A DNA stretch of 64,000 bases, from the NCBI GenBank assembly GCA_963727825.1, contig CAVSHO010000009.1, positions 608,001 through 672,000 on the forward strand. Direction: 5' to 3'. The notes under the pieces are model-generated. The model saw only the letters and a program-made list of their open reading frames with translations, was not told the origin of the DNA and did not search any database. The DNA is from Ignavibacteriota bacterium (GTDB lineage: Bacteria > Bacteroidota > Ignavibacteria > UBA10030). The position numbers were made by a program, and so were the translations under genes. Within the stretch, counting starts at the first letter, position 1. Every line of letters begins with the position of its first letter. Below are positions 52,563 through 61,727 of the stretch, one piece after another.

Positions 52563-53969
52563 TTATATCGGTAGTGAAAAAGTAAAAGTGGACCCATTTC
52601 CAATTTCACTATCCACCCAAATAATACCACCATGGGCTTCGACTATGCGGCGTGTAATCGCAAGTCCCAGTCCAATAGATTTTTCACCTGCAGTGGGCTT
52701 CACGCTGGTGCGGGAAAATTCCTTAAATAGATGCTTCATTTCTTCTACCGGAATGCCTTGTCCCTGGTCTTTTACTGCTATCCATACCTCTTTATTAAAT
52801 ACTTTTACAATGAGAAGAACAGTTGTGTTAGAAAAAGAGTATTTCAATGCGTTCGTGATGAGGTTCGTAAGTACCTGTTTGATCCGAGCTTGATCAATTT
52901 GAAGAACGGGGAGCGACATCGGGAGATCGACCTCAATTTTTATCGACTTTGTATGTGCAAGTACGCGAAGAGAAGCCTGAACGTCATGGAGGAGTTCATC
53001 AATCTTCGTCGGTTCTCGCTTAAGCTGCAAGTTCCCAGTTTCAATTGCAGTTACATCAAGAAGGTCATTTATCAGACCCAGCATGACATCGCTTGTCTGA
53101 TTCATATCATTCATTACTTCTCTTTGATCAGCTGTAAGTTCGCCTAATGCATTAGTAAGGAATAATTCAAGATATCCTTTTATAGCCGAGAGTGGATTAC
53201 GCAAATCGTGCGCAGCCATACCAAGGAATTTATCTTTAAGCTCGTTTAATTCAAGAAGCTGCTGAAGATATCTGCTTTTTTCTACGATTGTGGATAATTG
53301 ATTGGCAATTCGAATAAAAATGTCTTGATGGATTTTTATATACATATCGGGTTTCATGCTGGAAAAAAATAGAAATCCAATAGGTTTTCCCACTGCACTC
53401 AATGGACATGTAAAACTGGAGCGCATTCCTTCTCTTACAATTTTTTGTGTCGATTCGGAGTTAGGATGATTGACAAGGTACATTTCCAAGTTGTTGATTA
53501 TACGCGGCTGTCCTGTTTCCATAATGGCATGTAAACTACTTCCTTCTAGCTCCGCTGAATAGCCTTTAGTAATTTCCATATAATCAGCATCCGAACGTGC
53601 CCAGCATGCTCGCACAATTTTTCCATTCTCTTCAATAAGTGAGCATCCAATGCGATCGTACGGAATGATTGGCCGAAAGGATTCAAAAACATAATTGAGC
53701 ACATCATCTAATAACATTCCGGAATTGATATGCGTGGTGATATTCGTGAGAGTTTTAATTTCCTCAAAACGCTTTTCCAATGAGCGGGCAAGATCTTCAA
53801 GTGCCGCCCCGAGCTCGGCTACCTCGTCTGTTCCTTCTTTTGGAAGGTTGACTTTGAAGCTGCCTTGCTTCATTGCATGTGCAACTTCGACATATTTCAA
53901 GATTCTTGGATCTGTATTAGAGGTCATAACGATTTTCCCATGGAAAATACATTCAATAAAATAATACAA
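52563..53969 (-). CDS. Cytoplasmic HAMP-like/GAF histidine kinase
   Basis: DEVAELG (HAMP-like), GAF region, AHDLRNPL, NLITNALKYS, DQGQGI, GLGLAI. Confidence 0.9.
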   Translation of the reverse strand: MYYFIECIFHGKIVMTSNTDPRILKYVEVAHAMKQGSFKVNLPKEGTDEVAELGAALEDLARSLEKRFEEIKTLTNITTHINSGMLLDDVLNYVFESFRPIIPYDRIGCSLIEENGKIVRACWARSDADYMEITKGYSAELEGSSLHAIMETGQPRIINNLEMYLVNHPNSESTQKIVREGMRSSFTCPLSAVGKPIGFLFFSSMKPDMYIKIHQDIFIRIANQLSTIVEKSRYLQQLLELNELKDKFLGMAAHDLRNPLSAIKGYLELFLTNALGELTADQREVMNDMNQTSDVMLGLINDLLDVTAIETGNLQLKREPTKIDELLHDVQASLRVLAHTKSIKIEVDLPMSLPVLQIDQARIKQVLTNLITNALKYSFSNTTVLLIVKVFNKEVWIAVKDQGQGIPVEEMKHLFKEFSRTSVKPTAGEKSIGLGLAITRRIVEAHGGIIWVDSEIGNGSTFTFSLPI

Positions 53970-54049
53970 AACATAACATTGTTTTTTTAGATTCTATTGC
54001 GTGATGGCCATTGTTATATTTGCATAACGCTTTAGTGTTGCTCAATATT

Positions 54050-55159
54050 TCAATCGCCAAAACTGATTCCCAAATCACGGCCGGTAAGAATGATGTCACA
54101 ATCTACAGGAACGCACTTCATCCGATTTGTTGCTTCTGCAAGCGGTACATAGCGCACAGTTGGCGGATCAAGCGCTACCATCACACCATTCTGTCCTTCA
54201 TCCAGAGCACGTACTGCTGCTGCACCAAAGCGAAGCGAAATTAACCTGTCAAAAGTCGTCGGGGTTCCGCCGCGCAGCAAGTGTCCGAGTACTACACAAC
54301 GCGTTTCTTTCCCTGTTATATCTTGAATTTCTTTTGCAACGCGTTCGCCTGCGCCGCCAAGCTTTTCAGCCCTGCCGATCTCTTTTGAGACAACGGAAAC
54401 TGTTCCACCTTTTGGTTTGGCTCCTTCCGCTACAACCACGATAGCGAAATGTGCCCCAATATCCCAGCGTTCATTTATTTTTTTTGCAATCTTGTGAATA
54501 TCATACGGAATTTCGGGAATAAGAATCGCATCTGCAGTACCAGAGACACCGCACTCAAGTGCAATCCATCCGGCGTAGCGGCCCATCACTTCCACAACCA
54601 TTACCCGCTGGTGCGATTCAGCCGTTGTATGCAGCCTATCGATGCATGCTGTCGCAAACGAGACTGCTGTGTCAAACCCAAATGTGATAACAGTTTTATC
54701 CAGATCATTGTCTATGGTTTTTGGTACGCCGATCACTCGTAATCCTTTTTGAGAAAGGATATTAGCTATCCCAAGAGATCCATCGCCACCTATGGCTATA
54801 AGTGCGTCAATTTTATTTTTTTGAAACATTTTTATCAGTTCATCTGTGCGATCGATTTCATGCAGTTTGCCGTCTTTTCCTTTCACTGGCCACTTTAATG
54901 GATTACCTTTGTTGGTGGTACCAAGAATCGTTCCGCCGAGATGAGTAATGCCGCGCACCCTCGATCTTGGGAGCGGAATTAATCCACCATCGGGATAATT
55001 CTTCGGCTCTAACAATCCATTATAGCCGTCGCGTATGCCGTAACATTCCCATCCGCGATTAATAGCAGAAACAACCGCTGCACGGATAACTGCGTTCAAG
55101 CCCGGCGCATCGCCACCTCCGGTGTTTATCGCTATTCGTTTGATTATTTGACGTTTCAT
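54050..55159 (-). CDS. pfkA: 6-phosphofructokinase
   Basis: TGGGDAPGLN, GGDGS, PKTIDND, EVMGR, LGHLLRGG; start trimmed to MKRQII. Confidence 0.93.
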   Translation of the reverse strand: MKRQIIKRIAINTGGGDAPGLNAVIRAAVVSAINRGWECYGIRDGYNGLLEPKNYPDGGLIPLPRSRVRGITHLGGTILGTTNKGNPLKWPVKGKDGKLHEIDRTDELIKMFQKNKIDALIAIGGDGSLGIANILSQKGLRVIGVPKTIDNDLDKTVITFGFDTAVSFATACIDRLHTTAESHQRVMVVEVMGRYAGWIALECGVSGTADAILIPEIPYDIHKIAKKINERWDIGAHFAIVVVAEGAKPKGGTVSVVSKEIGRAEKLGGAGERVAKEIQDITGKETRCVVLGHLLRGGTPTTFDRLISLRFGAAAVRALDEGQNGVMVALDPPTVRYVPLAEATNRMKCVPVDCDIILTGRDLGISFGD

Positions 55160-55315
55160 TATTGATTCCTTTCTTATATTAGAAAAAGAAAACAATTCCA
55201 GCGCATGGTTTCGATGAGGATAAAGAAAGTGAATCTTCTTTGAAGAAATTAACTATTGCAGAGAGCAATAGCAATACCTGAAATATACAGGTATTGTCGA
55301 ATGAGAAAATAAGGG

Positions 55316-55346
55316 GATGGAGTCCGTATAATAATTGGACTCCATC
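55316..55346 (-). terminator. Probable intrinsic terminator after yceI
   Basis: GATGGAGTCC/GGACTCCATC stem, then CCCTTATTTTCT on the minus strand. Confidence 0.55.
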
Positions 55347-55357
55347 TTGAGAAAGGA

Positions 55358-55975
55358 TTACTTGTTCAATTCCAAATTCATCGTGATGGTCACATCTTGT
55401 CCGACCATTAAACCGCCAGTTTCTAGAGTTTTGCTCCATTTTAAATTATAATCAAAGCGGTTAATCGTCGTAGTGGCTTTCCAGGCAGAAAGTACACCAC
55501 GATCAGTTTTAAGCGTACCATTGAGGACTGCATCAAATGTTACGTTCTTTGTTACATCGCGAATTGTTAAATCGCCGGTAATTTTGTACTTATTATCACT
55601 AAGTTTCTCGAATGATGTACTCTTGAAATTTATCTCCGGGAACTTCTCAGCATTAAAAAAATCATCCGATTTTAGATGATTATCTCGCATTGCATTATCC
55701 GTACTGATGCTGCCAACCTTGATAATGCTCTGAACCTCTGCATCTGAGAAATCATCTTTTGCGGATTTCAGTGTGATAGAGAAATCTTTGAAACTTCCTG
55801 CTACTTCAGAAATAACCATATGCCGCACTGTGAATGTGATGCTGGAATGGGCCTTATCTAACTTCCAATCAGATTGCGCTGATGCAAACACCATGGCAAT
55901 AAAAAAAGTGAGAAGAATCATTGTTATTCTTTTCATGATAGTATCTCCATAATTGATTAAAGATTTGTTTTTCAT
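55358..55975 (-). CDS. YceI family protein
   Basis: WKLDKAHS, RDNHLKSDDFF, GDLTIRDVTK, INRFDY; signal peptide (likely start 55936). Confidence 0.92.
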   Translation of the reverse strand: MKNKSLINYGDTIMKRITMILLTFFIAMVFASAQSDWKLDKAHSSITFTVRHMVISEVAGSFKDFSITLKSAKDDFSDAEVQSIIKVGSISTDNAMRDNHLKSDDFFNAEKFPEINFKSTSFEKLSDNKYKITGDLTIRDVTKNVTFDAVLNGTLKTDRGVLSAWKATTTINRFDYNLKWSKTLETGGLMVGQDVTITMNLELNK

Positions 55976-55996
55976 TCTGTATTATAACCTGGCAAA

Positions 55997-56293
55997 TTAG
56001 TTCATAGATAAATGCATTCGTGCTTGAACTGGACTGTTATGAAACATCAACTCAACAATATCATAGTGCATAAACTTGAACAGTGGCATCATTTTAAGCG
56101 TTTTCTCTACTGCTTCCAAAGAAGTTGCAAGCAATGTTACCCAAAGTGTTCCTCGATCTGCGGATAAGCTATAGCTTGTGATTATTCCATTTTCCATAAG
56201 GCGGCTAATTTGTGCACGCTGGTTAGGAAGCAGATCAATAAATTCTTCGTTAAACGATGTTATAAATCGGATAATGATCATATACTCATTCAT
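55997..56293 (-). CDS. Muconolactone-isomerase-like small protein
   Basis: QRAQISRLMENG...SYSLSADR..LW...MPL pattern. Confidence 0.6.
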   Translation of the reverse strand: MNEYMIIIRFITSFNEEFIDLLPNQRAQISRLMENGIITSYSLSADRGTLWVTLLATSLEAVEKTLKMMPLFKFMHYDIVELMFHNSPVQARMHLSMN

Positions 56294-56349
56294 AAAAGAC
56301 TGCCTGTTCTATAAGAATCATTAATAGTTTTCATTTGCACTTCTTGATA

Positions 56350-56721
56350 TTATACAAACGTATGCGCCAACAGAATTAATACAGCGCCAAGTAGCGCAAT
56401 ATTTTTAGTAAAATTTATCATCTCACCCATTTTGGCCATTGGATCTTGAATCTTCCAAAAAGCGTGCATTATAAATGTGACCGGAACAAGAAAAAGCGCC
56501 AAAGCGATAAGACCAAAACCTGGCAATATATCAAAGAGTACGCTCAATCCACCTACAATTAGCAGAACTCCCGAAAATGCTACAGATAATTTCGGCATAG
56601 GTGCACCTTTGGACTTTGCATATCCGGACATCATATCAAGCATTCTTAAATTATTTAACCCGTTATAGGCAAAATATCCGCCAAATAATATCCTGCCAAG
56701 ATAGAGCAAAGTTGTTTCCAT
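56350..56721 (-). CDS. DoxX family membrane protein
   Basis: GRILFG, MHAFW, FTKNIALLG. Confidence 0.88.
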   Translation of the reverse strand: METTLLYLGRILFGGYFAYNGLNNLRMLDMMSGYAKSKGAPMPKLSVAFSGVLLIVGGLSVLFDILPGFGLIALALFLVPVTFIMHAFWKIQDPMAKMGEMINFTKNIALLGAVLILLAHTFV

Positions 56722-56794
56722 TCGATTTCTCCTTTTATTGTACCAATTGCAAATAATTATTAAGTGCTGATAATGTTAGCAATATTGTCTTTTG

Positions 56795-57373
56795 CTAAAC
56801 ACTTCTATTTTCTAATTTGCGATGAGCGAGTTTTAACGTCGCTTCAATCAATTGAAGAAGTTGTTGTTCTATTTTCTTGTCGGCTAGTGATCCGTCTGAT
56901 AGAAACGCCTCGTTGGCAGAACGAATAAAGACTTGCGGTTGCGACACAAGATCGACATTCAATGCTGCCAATACTTGCCGAAGATGAAGCTGTGCTCTCA
57001 ATGTTCCAAATAATCCTATCGACGCACCGAAGATTGCTGCCGTCTTTCCCGCAAATGGATTAGTTTTATCAGACGCCCAATCGATGGCGTTCTTTAATAC
57101 ACCGGGAATCGAATGGTTATACTCAGGTGTTGCGATAAGCAGTACGTCGGCTGAAGCTATTACATCTTTCAGTTTCTTTACTGATTCCGGAAATCCATTA
57201 GTTCTAAGATCTGCATCAAACAGTGGAAGGTCGAGTGTTTTCAGATCTAATTCCACTACATTTACATTTAACTCAGATACAATCTGTTTTGCTTTCTGCA
57301 GCACTTTCCGATTAAAAGATTCTGACCTTAGGCTACCGGCGAGTGCTAGAATATTTAATGTTTTGATTGCCAA
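56795..57373 (-). CDS. NADPH-dependent FMN reductase
   Basis: GSLRSESFN, TPEYNHSIPGVLKNAIDW. Confidence 0.92.
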   Translation of the reverse strand: MAIKTLNILALAGSLRSESFNRKVLQKAKQIVSELNVNVVELDLKTLDLPLFDADLRTNGFPESVKKLKDVIASADVLLIATPEYNHSIPGVLKNAIDWASDKTNPFAGKTAAIFGASIGLFGTLRAQLHLRQVLAALNVDLVSQPQVFIRSANEAFLSDGSLADKKIEQQLLQLIEATLKLAHRKLENRSV

Positions 57374-57447
57374 TTCTTATTCTCTCTGTGATATTGATAA
57401 CAGTGAACCCATTCTCACCGTTACAAATTTGTAATAAACAAAATTTA

Positions 57448-57906
57448 TTAGCGCACTTCTTGCAGGCTGGTGCCAAGCTTCTTTAAAAGAAGTCCGAGTT
57501 CTGCTTGTTCGGATTCTAAAAGCACTGAAGCAAGTTTTACTATATATTGTGCTTGCTTTGAAAATATTTTTTCAAAAAGGCGCTTGCCTTTGGGTGTTAA
57601 TTTCACATAAAAAGCACGGTGGTCTTTATCGTTTACCGAACGCTCTACAAGTTCATCTTTTTCTAAATTATCTACTACCACCGTCATATTGCCGCCGCTG
57701 ACGAGATGCTTCTTCGTAAGGTCACCGATAAGCATAGTACCAAGATGACCAAGACATTCTATCACACCAAATTGTGCCGGTGTCAATCCGAACGAACGGA
57801 TATTTGCCGCTGTTAGGTGGCTGAATGTATCATGAGCCCGGGTCAGTTTTACCCACATTGAAAGTGCAAGATCAACTTTTTTACCGTATTGCTTTGTAGT
57901 TTTCAT
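57448..57906 (-). CDS. MarR family transcriptional regulator (MhqR-like)
   Basis: GLTPAQFGVIE, SGGNMTVVVDNLEK, VKLTPKG. Confidence 0.92.
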   Translation of the reverse strand: MKTTKQYGKKVDLALSMWVKLTRAHDTFSHLTAANIRSFGLTPAQFGVIECLGHLGTMLIGDLTKKHLVSGGNMTVVVDNLEKDELVERSVNDKDHRAFYVKLTPKGKRLFEKIFSKQAQYIVKLASVLLESEQAELGLLLKKLGTSLQEVR

Positions 57907-58082
57907 ATGTCATCCTTTTAAGTTCAAAGTATTTAACAGAAAAATAATATGGATAGTTCCCGGTATCAAGAGAAAAAGAAAAGGTGTTACAGGAGAAAAA
58001 GATGGTTTTTGCTGAATCTGTAATGGCGATACATAAATTGCTATTATGAGTTTATTTCGCCGATTTTTTCGTTTTTGTTATT

Positions 58083-58455
58083 CTATTTGTCTAATTTCAC
58101 ATCGATAATCGGTACATCCCAATGTCCGATTAATATTTCAAACCGGCGCTGTTCTTCTTTTTTGAATGTTTCCTGATTTTTAAACAATTGCCGGCTAAGT
58201 TCGGCTTCATCAAATCCATCATCAGTTGCCTGCACATTCTTCCAAACGAGAGTAACTCTATAATCCCATCTGCCGTCTTCGGTTGCATGGAGACGTGGAC
58301 GGGTTGCCGAAATATGAAGAAGTCTTCCTAACTCTATTTGTTTTTTTAGAATTGGATAATGGTTCTTTCTAAATAAGCGAATAAACTCTTCGGCATGTCC
58401 CCACTTAGTTTTGTAGTAATATTCGACTAACATACGGTTTGTCTTGTTGGGTCAT
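58083..58455 (-). CDS. Hypothetical protein, frameshift near 58429
   Basis: RBS GGAG and ATG at 58455 give MTQQDKPY; removing one base joins this to VVEYYYKTKWGHAEEF...HWDVP. Confidence 0.65.
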
Positions 58456-58503
58456 TGTTGTTCTCCAAATTGTATTATAATTGGTTCTCTTTCTTTTGTT
58501 ACA

Positions 58504-58530
58504 GTAGGACGTTCAATTGAACGTCTCTAC
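58504..58530. repeat. GTAG-type REP palindrome
   Basis: Minus strand GTAGAGACGTTCAATTGAACGTCCTAC, immediately after the thrC stop. Confidence 0.6.
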
Positions 58531-58534
58531 ATGT

Positions 58535-59860
58535 TTATTTCCCAATTGCACGATCAATTGCGTTCCGGACTGCATTGACATCCGCAGGCAGAAGTATCGG
58601 TGGATTCGGATAAAGTGAATTCGCGTCAGCTATTTTTTTCTCATGATAGTCTACTTTGAATTGGGAAAATTTTAATCCGTGAGCAGTAGATACAACAACT
58701 ACTCGGTCTTTTTTCTTGATAACTTTGCGTTCAATCAATTTTGATAGAGCAGCGAGCGCCACGCCGGTTTGCGGGCAAGTGAACAATCCGGCACGGTCAG
58801 CACGGGCAGAGGCATTTGCTAATTCATCTTCCGTTGCCTGCTCTACAATGCCATTAAACTGCCGCAATACTTTCACTGCCCGTTCATAACTTACCGGTGC
58901 ACCGATTTGGATGGCAGAGGCAAGTGTTTTCTTCGCCTCGACAGGTCTATATTCTTTATATCCGTTAAGAAAACTTAGATAGAGCGGATTTGCATGCGAT
59001 GCTTGTGCACACGCAATACGCGGAAGTTTTTTAATCAAGCCAAGATCGCGCATCATCAACAAACCTTTGCCTAACGCGCTCACGTTGCCAAGGTTTCCCG
59101 CAGGTATGACAATCCATTCAGGCACTTCCCAATCGAATTGCTGAACGATCTCCACACCGACTGTTTTCTGTCCCTCCATCCGTAAGGAATTCATCGAATT
59201 GGCAAGATAGATAGAATTGTCTGCAGTAATTTCTTGAACAATACGCATACATCCGTCAAAATCGGTATCGAGAGAAAGTACTGTTGCACCATTGGCAATC
59301 GGCTGCACAAGTTGTGCTGTAGACACTTTTCCTTTTGGCAGAAATACAATTGTGGGAATTCCCGCCGCAGCACCGTATGCAGAGAGAGCCGCAGATGTAT
59401 CACCAGTAGAAGCACACGCAACAGCGCGAATAGGTTTTCCATCAGCAATCATTTGTTTTACGACGGAGACGAGTACCGTCATACCAAGATCTTTAAACGA
59501 ACCAGTATGACTGTTGCCGCAGAGCTTCACCCATAAATCAGGGATACCGATTTCCTTGCCTAACCGTTCCGCCCAGAAACAATTGGTATGTCCTTCATAC
59601 ATCGAGACAACATTTTCGTTATCAAGCTGGGGGCATACCCATTCTTTTTTACCCCAGACACCGCTTGCGTATGGCCATTTGTTTGTTCTTGTGCGGTCAT
59701 CAAATAACTTCTTCCATGATGCCGCAGTTCGGCGTTTGAGTGTTTTGATATTGTGTTCAACATCAAGCAAACCACCGCAATTCTCGCATCGATAGATTAC
59801 ATCGTAAATAGAATATTTCTTTCCGCATCCTCTAATACATTCTAACCAGCTCTGTTGCAT
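58535..59860 (-). CDS. thrC: Threonine synthase
   Basis: [10 protein letters not shown] (PLP Lys), [23 protein letters not shown]. Confidence 0.94.
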   Translation of the reverse strand: MQQSWLECIRGCGKKYSIYDVIYRCENCGGLLDVEHNIKTLKRRTAASWKKLFDDRTRTNKWPYASGVWGKKEWVCPQLDNENVVSMYEGHTNCFWAERLGKEIGIPDLWVKLCGNSHTGSFKDLGMTVLVSVVKQMIADGKPIRAVACASTGDTSAALSAYGAAAGIPTIVFLPKGKVSTAQLVQPIANGATVLSLDTDFDGCMRIVQEITADNSIYLANSMNSLRMEGQKTVGVEIVQQFDWEVPEWIVIPAGNLGNVSALGKGLLMMRDLGLIKKLPRIACAQASHANPLYLSFLNGYKEYRPVEAKKTLASAIQIGAPVSYERAVKVLRQFNGIVEQATEDELANASARADRAGLFTCPQTGVALAALSKLIERKVIKKKDRVVVVSTAHGLKFSQFKVDYHEKKIADANSLYPNPPILLPADVNAVRNAIDRAIGK

Positions 59861-59899
59861 ATTTCTCCTCCTTTTCTACATCTTGCTATCCGCAAATAT

Positions 59900-60493
59900 T
59901 CACTCCACCCAGATTGTTACAACACTGACAATCATCAGGGAAAACATTGTATATCCCAATATCTGACTTGCTTTCTCCGATTTAATGATCTTTGCAATCA
60001 TATCACCCATCTTGAGCCATATTATCATACAAGGAAATCCGACCAACCCGAAACTTATTGCGTATACGAAGACATTCAGATGAATATTATTAGATTGCGG
60101 CAAAAAGGCGGTTGCTCCAGTGATTGCCATTACCCATGCTTTCAGATTAATAAATTGCATGAAAAATGCTTCAACAAATCCAATAGCTACTTTTTTATCC
60201 GGTTCTACTTCTATACTGAGTTTTCTTAATACGAATGCAAGATAAAGCATCCATAACGACCCGGCAATTTTTAATACCAATCCCGCCGTTGGACTGCTCG
60301 TGATGATTTTCGCAATGCTATACCCAGCTGAGCAAAGCATAAGAAAGAAACCCAAAAAAATCCCGAGTATAACATTTCTCGAATCATTAAATCCATATGC
60401 TTTTCCGTATGAAAGAAGCATTAGGTTATTGGGACCCGGGGTAATCGACATCAAAGAGGCATAGATGAGATAGCCAAATATATTAAAACTCAT
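59900..60493 (-). CDS. LysE family translocator
   Basis: SITPGPNN, QFINLKAW. Confidence 0.88.
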   Translation of the reverse strand: MSFNIFGYLIYASLMSITPGPNNLMLLSYGKAYGFNDSRNVILGIFLGFFLMLCSAGYSIAKIITSSPTAGLVLKIAGSLWMLYLAFVLRKLSIEVEPDKKVAIGFVEAFFMQFINLKAWVMAITGATAFLPQSNNIHLNVFVYAISFGLVGFPCMIIWLKMGDMIAKIIKSEKASQILGYTMFSLMIVSVVTIWVE

Positions 60494-60510
60494 GCAATGT
60501 ACAAGTTTCT

Positions 60511-61702
60511 TTACTGTAGAAAATATTCCATTAACTGATAGCCGTTATCAATCTTAATACCTGTTTTGGCGGCATTAGTTTCGCCAAGAGGCAGATGTAC
60601 CTCGCCGCTGATTCCATCACCCATCATTGCAAAAGGTACCGCTTCCCCTGTATGCCCGCGCGTTGACACAGGCGTAGGGTGATCTGGCATCACAAGTATA
60701 CGCCAGCTTTTATATTTTTTTAGTTCTTTCATTGCTGGTCCAATAATGTGCTTATCAATTTCTTCTAAAGCTTTCTTCTTCTCATCTGCTTGTCCGGCAT
60801 GACCGGCTTCATCTGTTGCCTCCACATGAACAAGCACGATATCATATTTTTTAATCGCTTCAACTGCTGCCAACCCCTTAGCGCGATAATCGGTATCGAA
60901 ATATCCTGTTGCACCTTCAACTTTTATAAAATCGAATCCGACGAGATATGCCAGTCCTTTAACAAGATCAACTGCTGTGATTACTGCACCATTTAAACCA
61001 TATTTTTTTTTGAACGCTTCCATCCGAGCTTTTTTTCCATGTCCCCAGAGCCAAATCGAGGTGGCTTCGTTCTTTTTGAGGTTCCTACGGATAAGATTGA
61101 TCTTATGATCCTTAAATAGTTTTTCACTTTTTTTAATAAGATCGATAAGAACATCAGCGTTTTTTCCACGGGGCAGTAATTTTTCCGTCTTTACACCAAT
61201 ATTATCATGCGGTGGCTGTAATTGGAGATCAGGAAAATCGTAACCTTTTACTACCATCAAGTGGCGATAACCTACTCCCGGATAAAATCTGATGCGTTCA
61301 CTGCCAAGAGTTTTGTTTAATTCTTCAATAAAATTTTTACCTTCTTCGCTGGAGATGTTACCAGAACTATGGTCGACCATTTTACCGCTTACGGTTGTCA
61401 CAAGGTTGCAGCGGAATATCCAATCGTTTTCTGTAACGTTGATTCCTTGTGCAACGGCTTCAATTGGTGCTCTGCCCGTGTAATATTTTGCCGGATCATA
61501 ACCAAGCACTGCCATCATTGCCACATCGCTACCCGGTTGAAGCGCAGGAGGTACCGTCTGGCAAAGTCCCTGTCTACCATTCATGGCTATGAAATCGATA
61601 TTGGGCTTTTCCGCAGCTTCGAATATAGTTTTACCGCCAAACACCTGTAACGGTCTATCGGCTGCTCCATCAGGGTACTACTATTATATATTTCCTACTC
61701 AA
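60511..61702 (-). CDS. apgM: ApgM-family cofactor-independent phosphoglycerate mutase / proposed homoserine kinase, frameshift near 61674
   Basis: RBS AAGGAG and TTG at 61702; removing one base gives KYIIVVPDGAAD; PGSDVA, GRAPIEA, HVEATDEAGH, PDHPTP..H. Confidence 0.85.
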
Positions 61703-61727
61703 TGATAAACTCCTTTATTCGATCGTA

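Noticed and set aside
52529-52633. N-terminal extension of the asparaginase ORF
   Set aside because: It overlaps the kinase 3' end, and an RBS-like AGGA precedes the ATG at 52528.
37770-61672. TGA recoding (selenocysteine or alternative code) at premature TGA stops at 37770, 46286 and about 61670
   Set aside because: Homologous sequence continues in a different frame, so these are frameshifts, and TGA ends many normal genes here.
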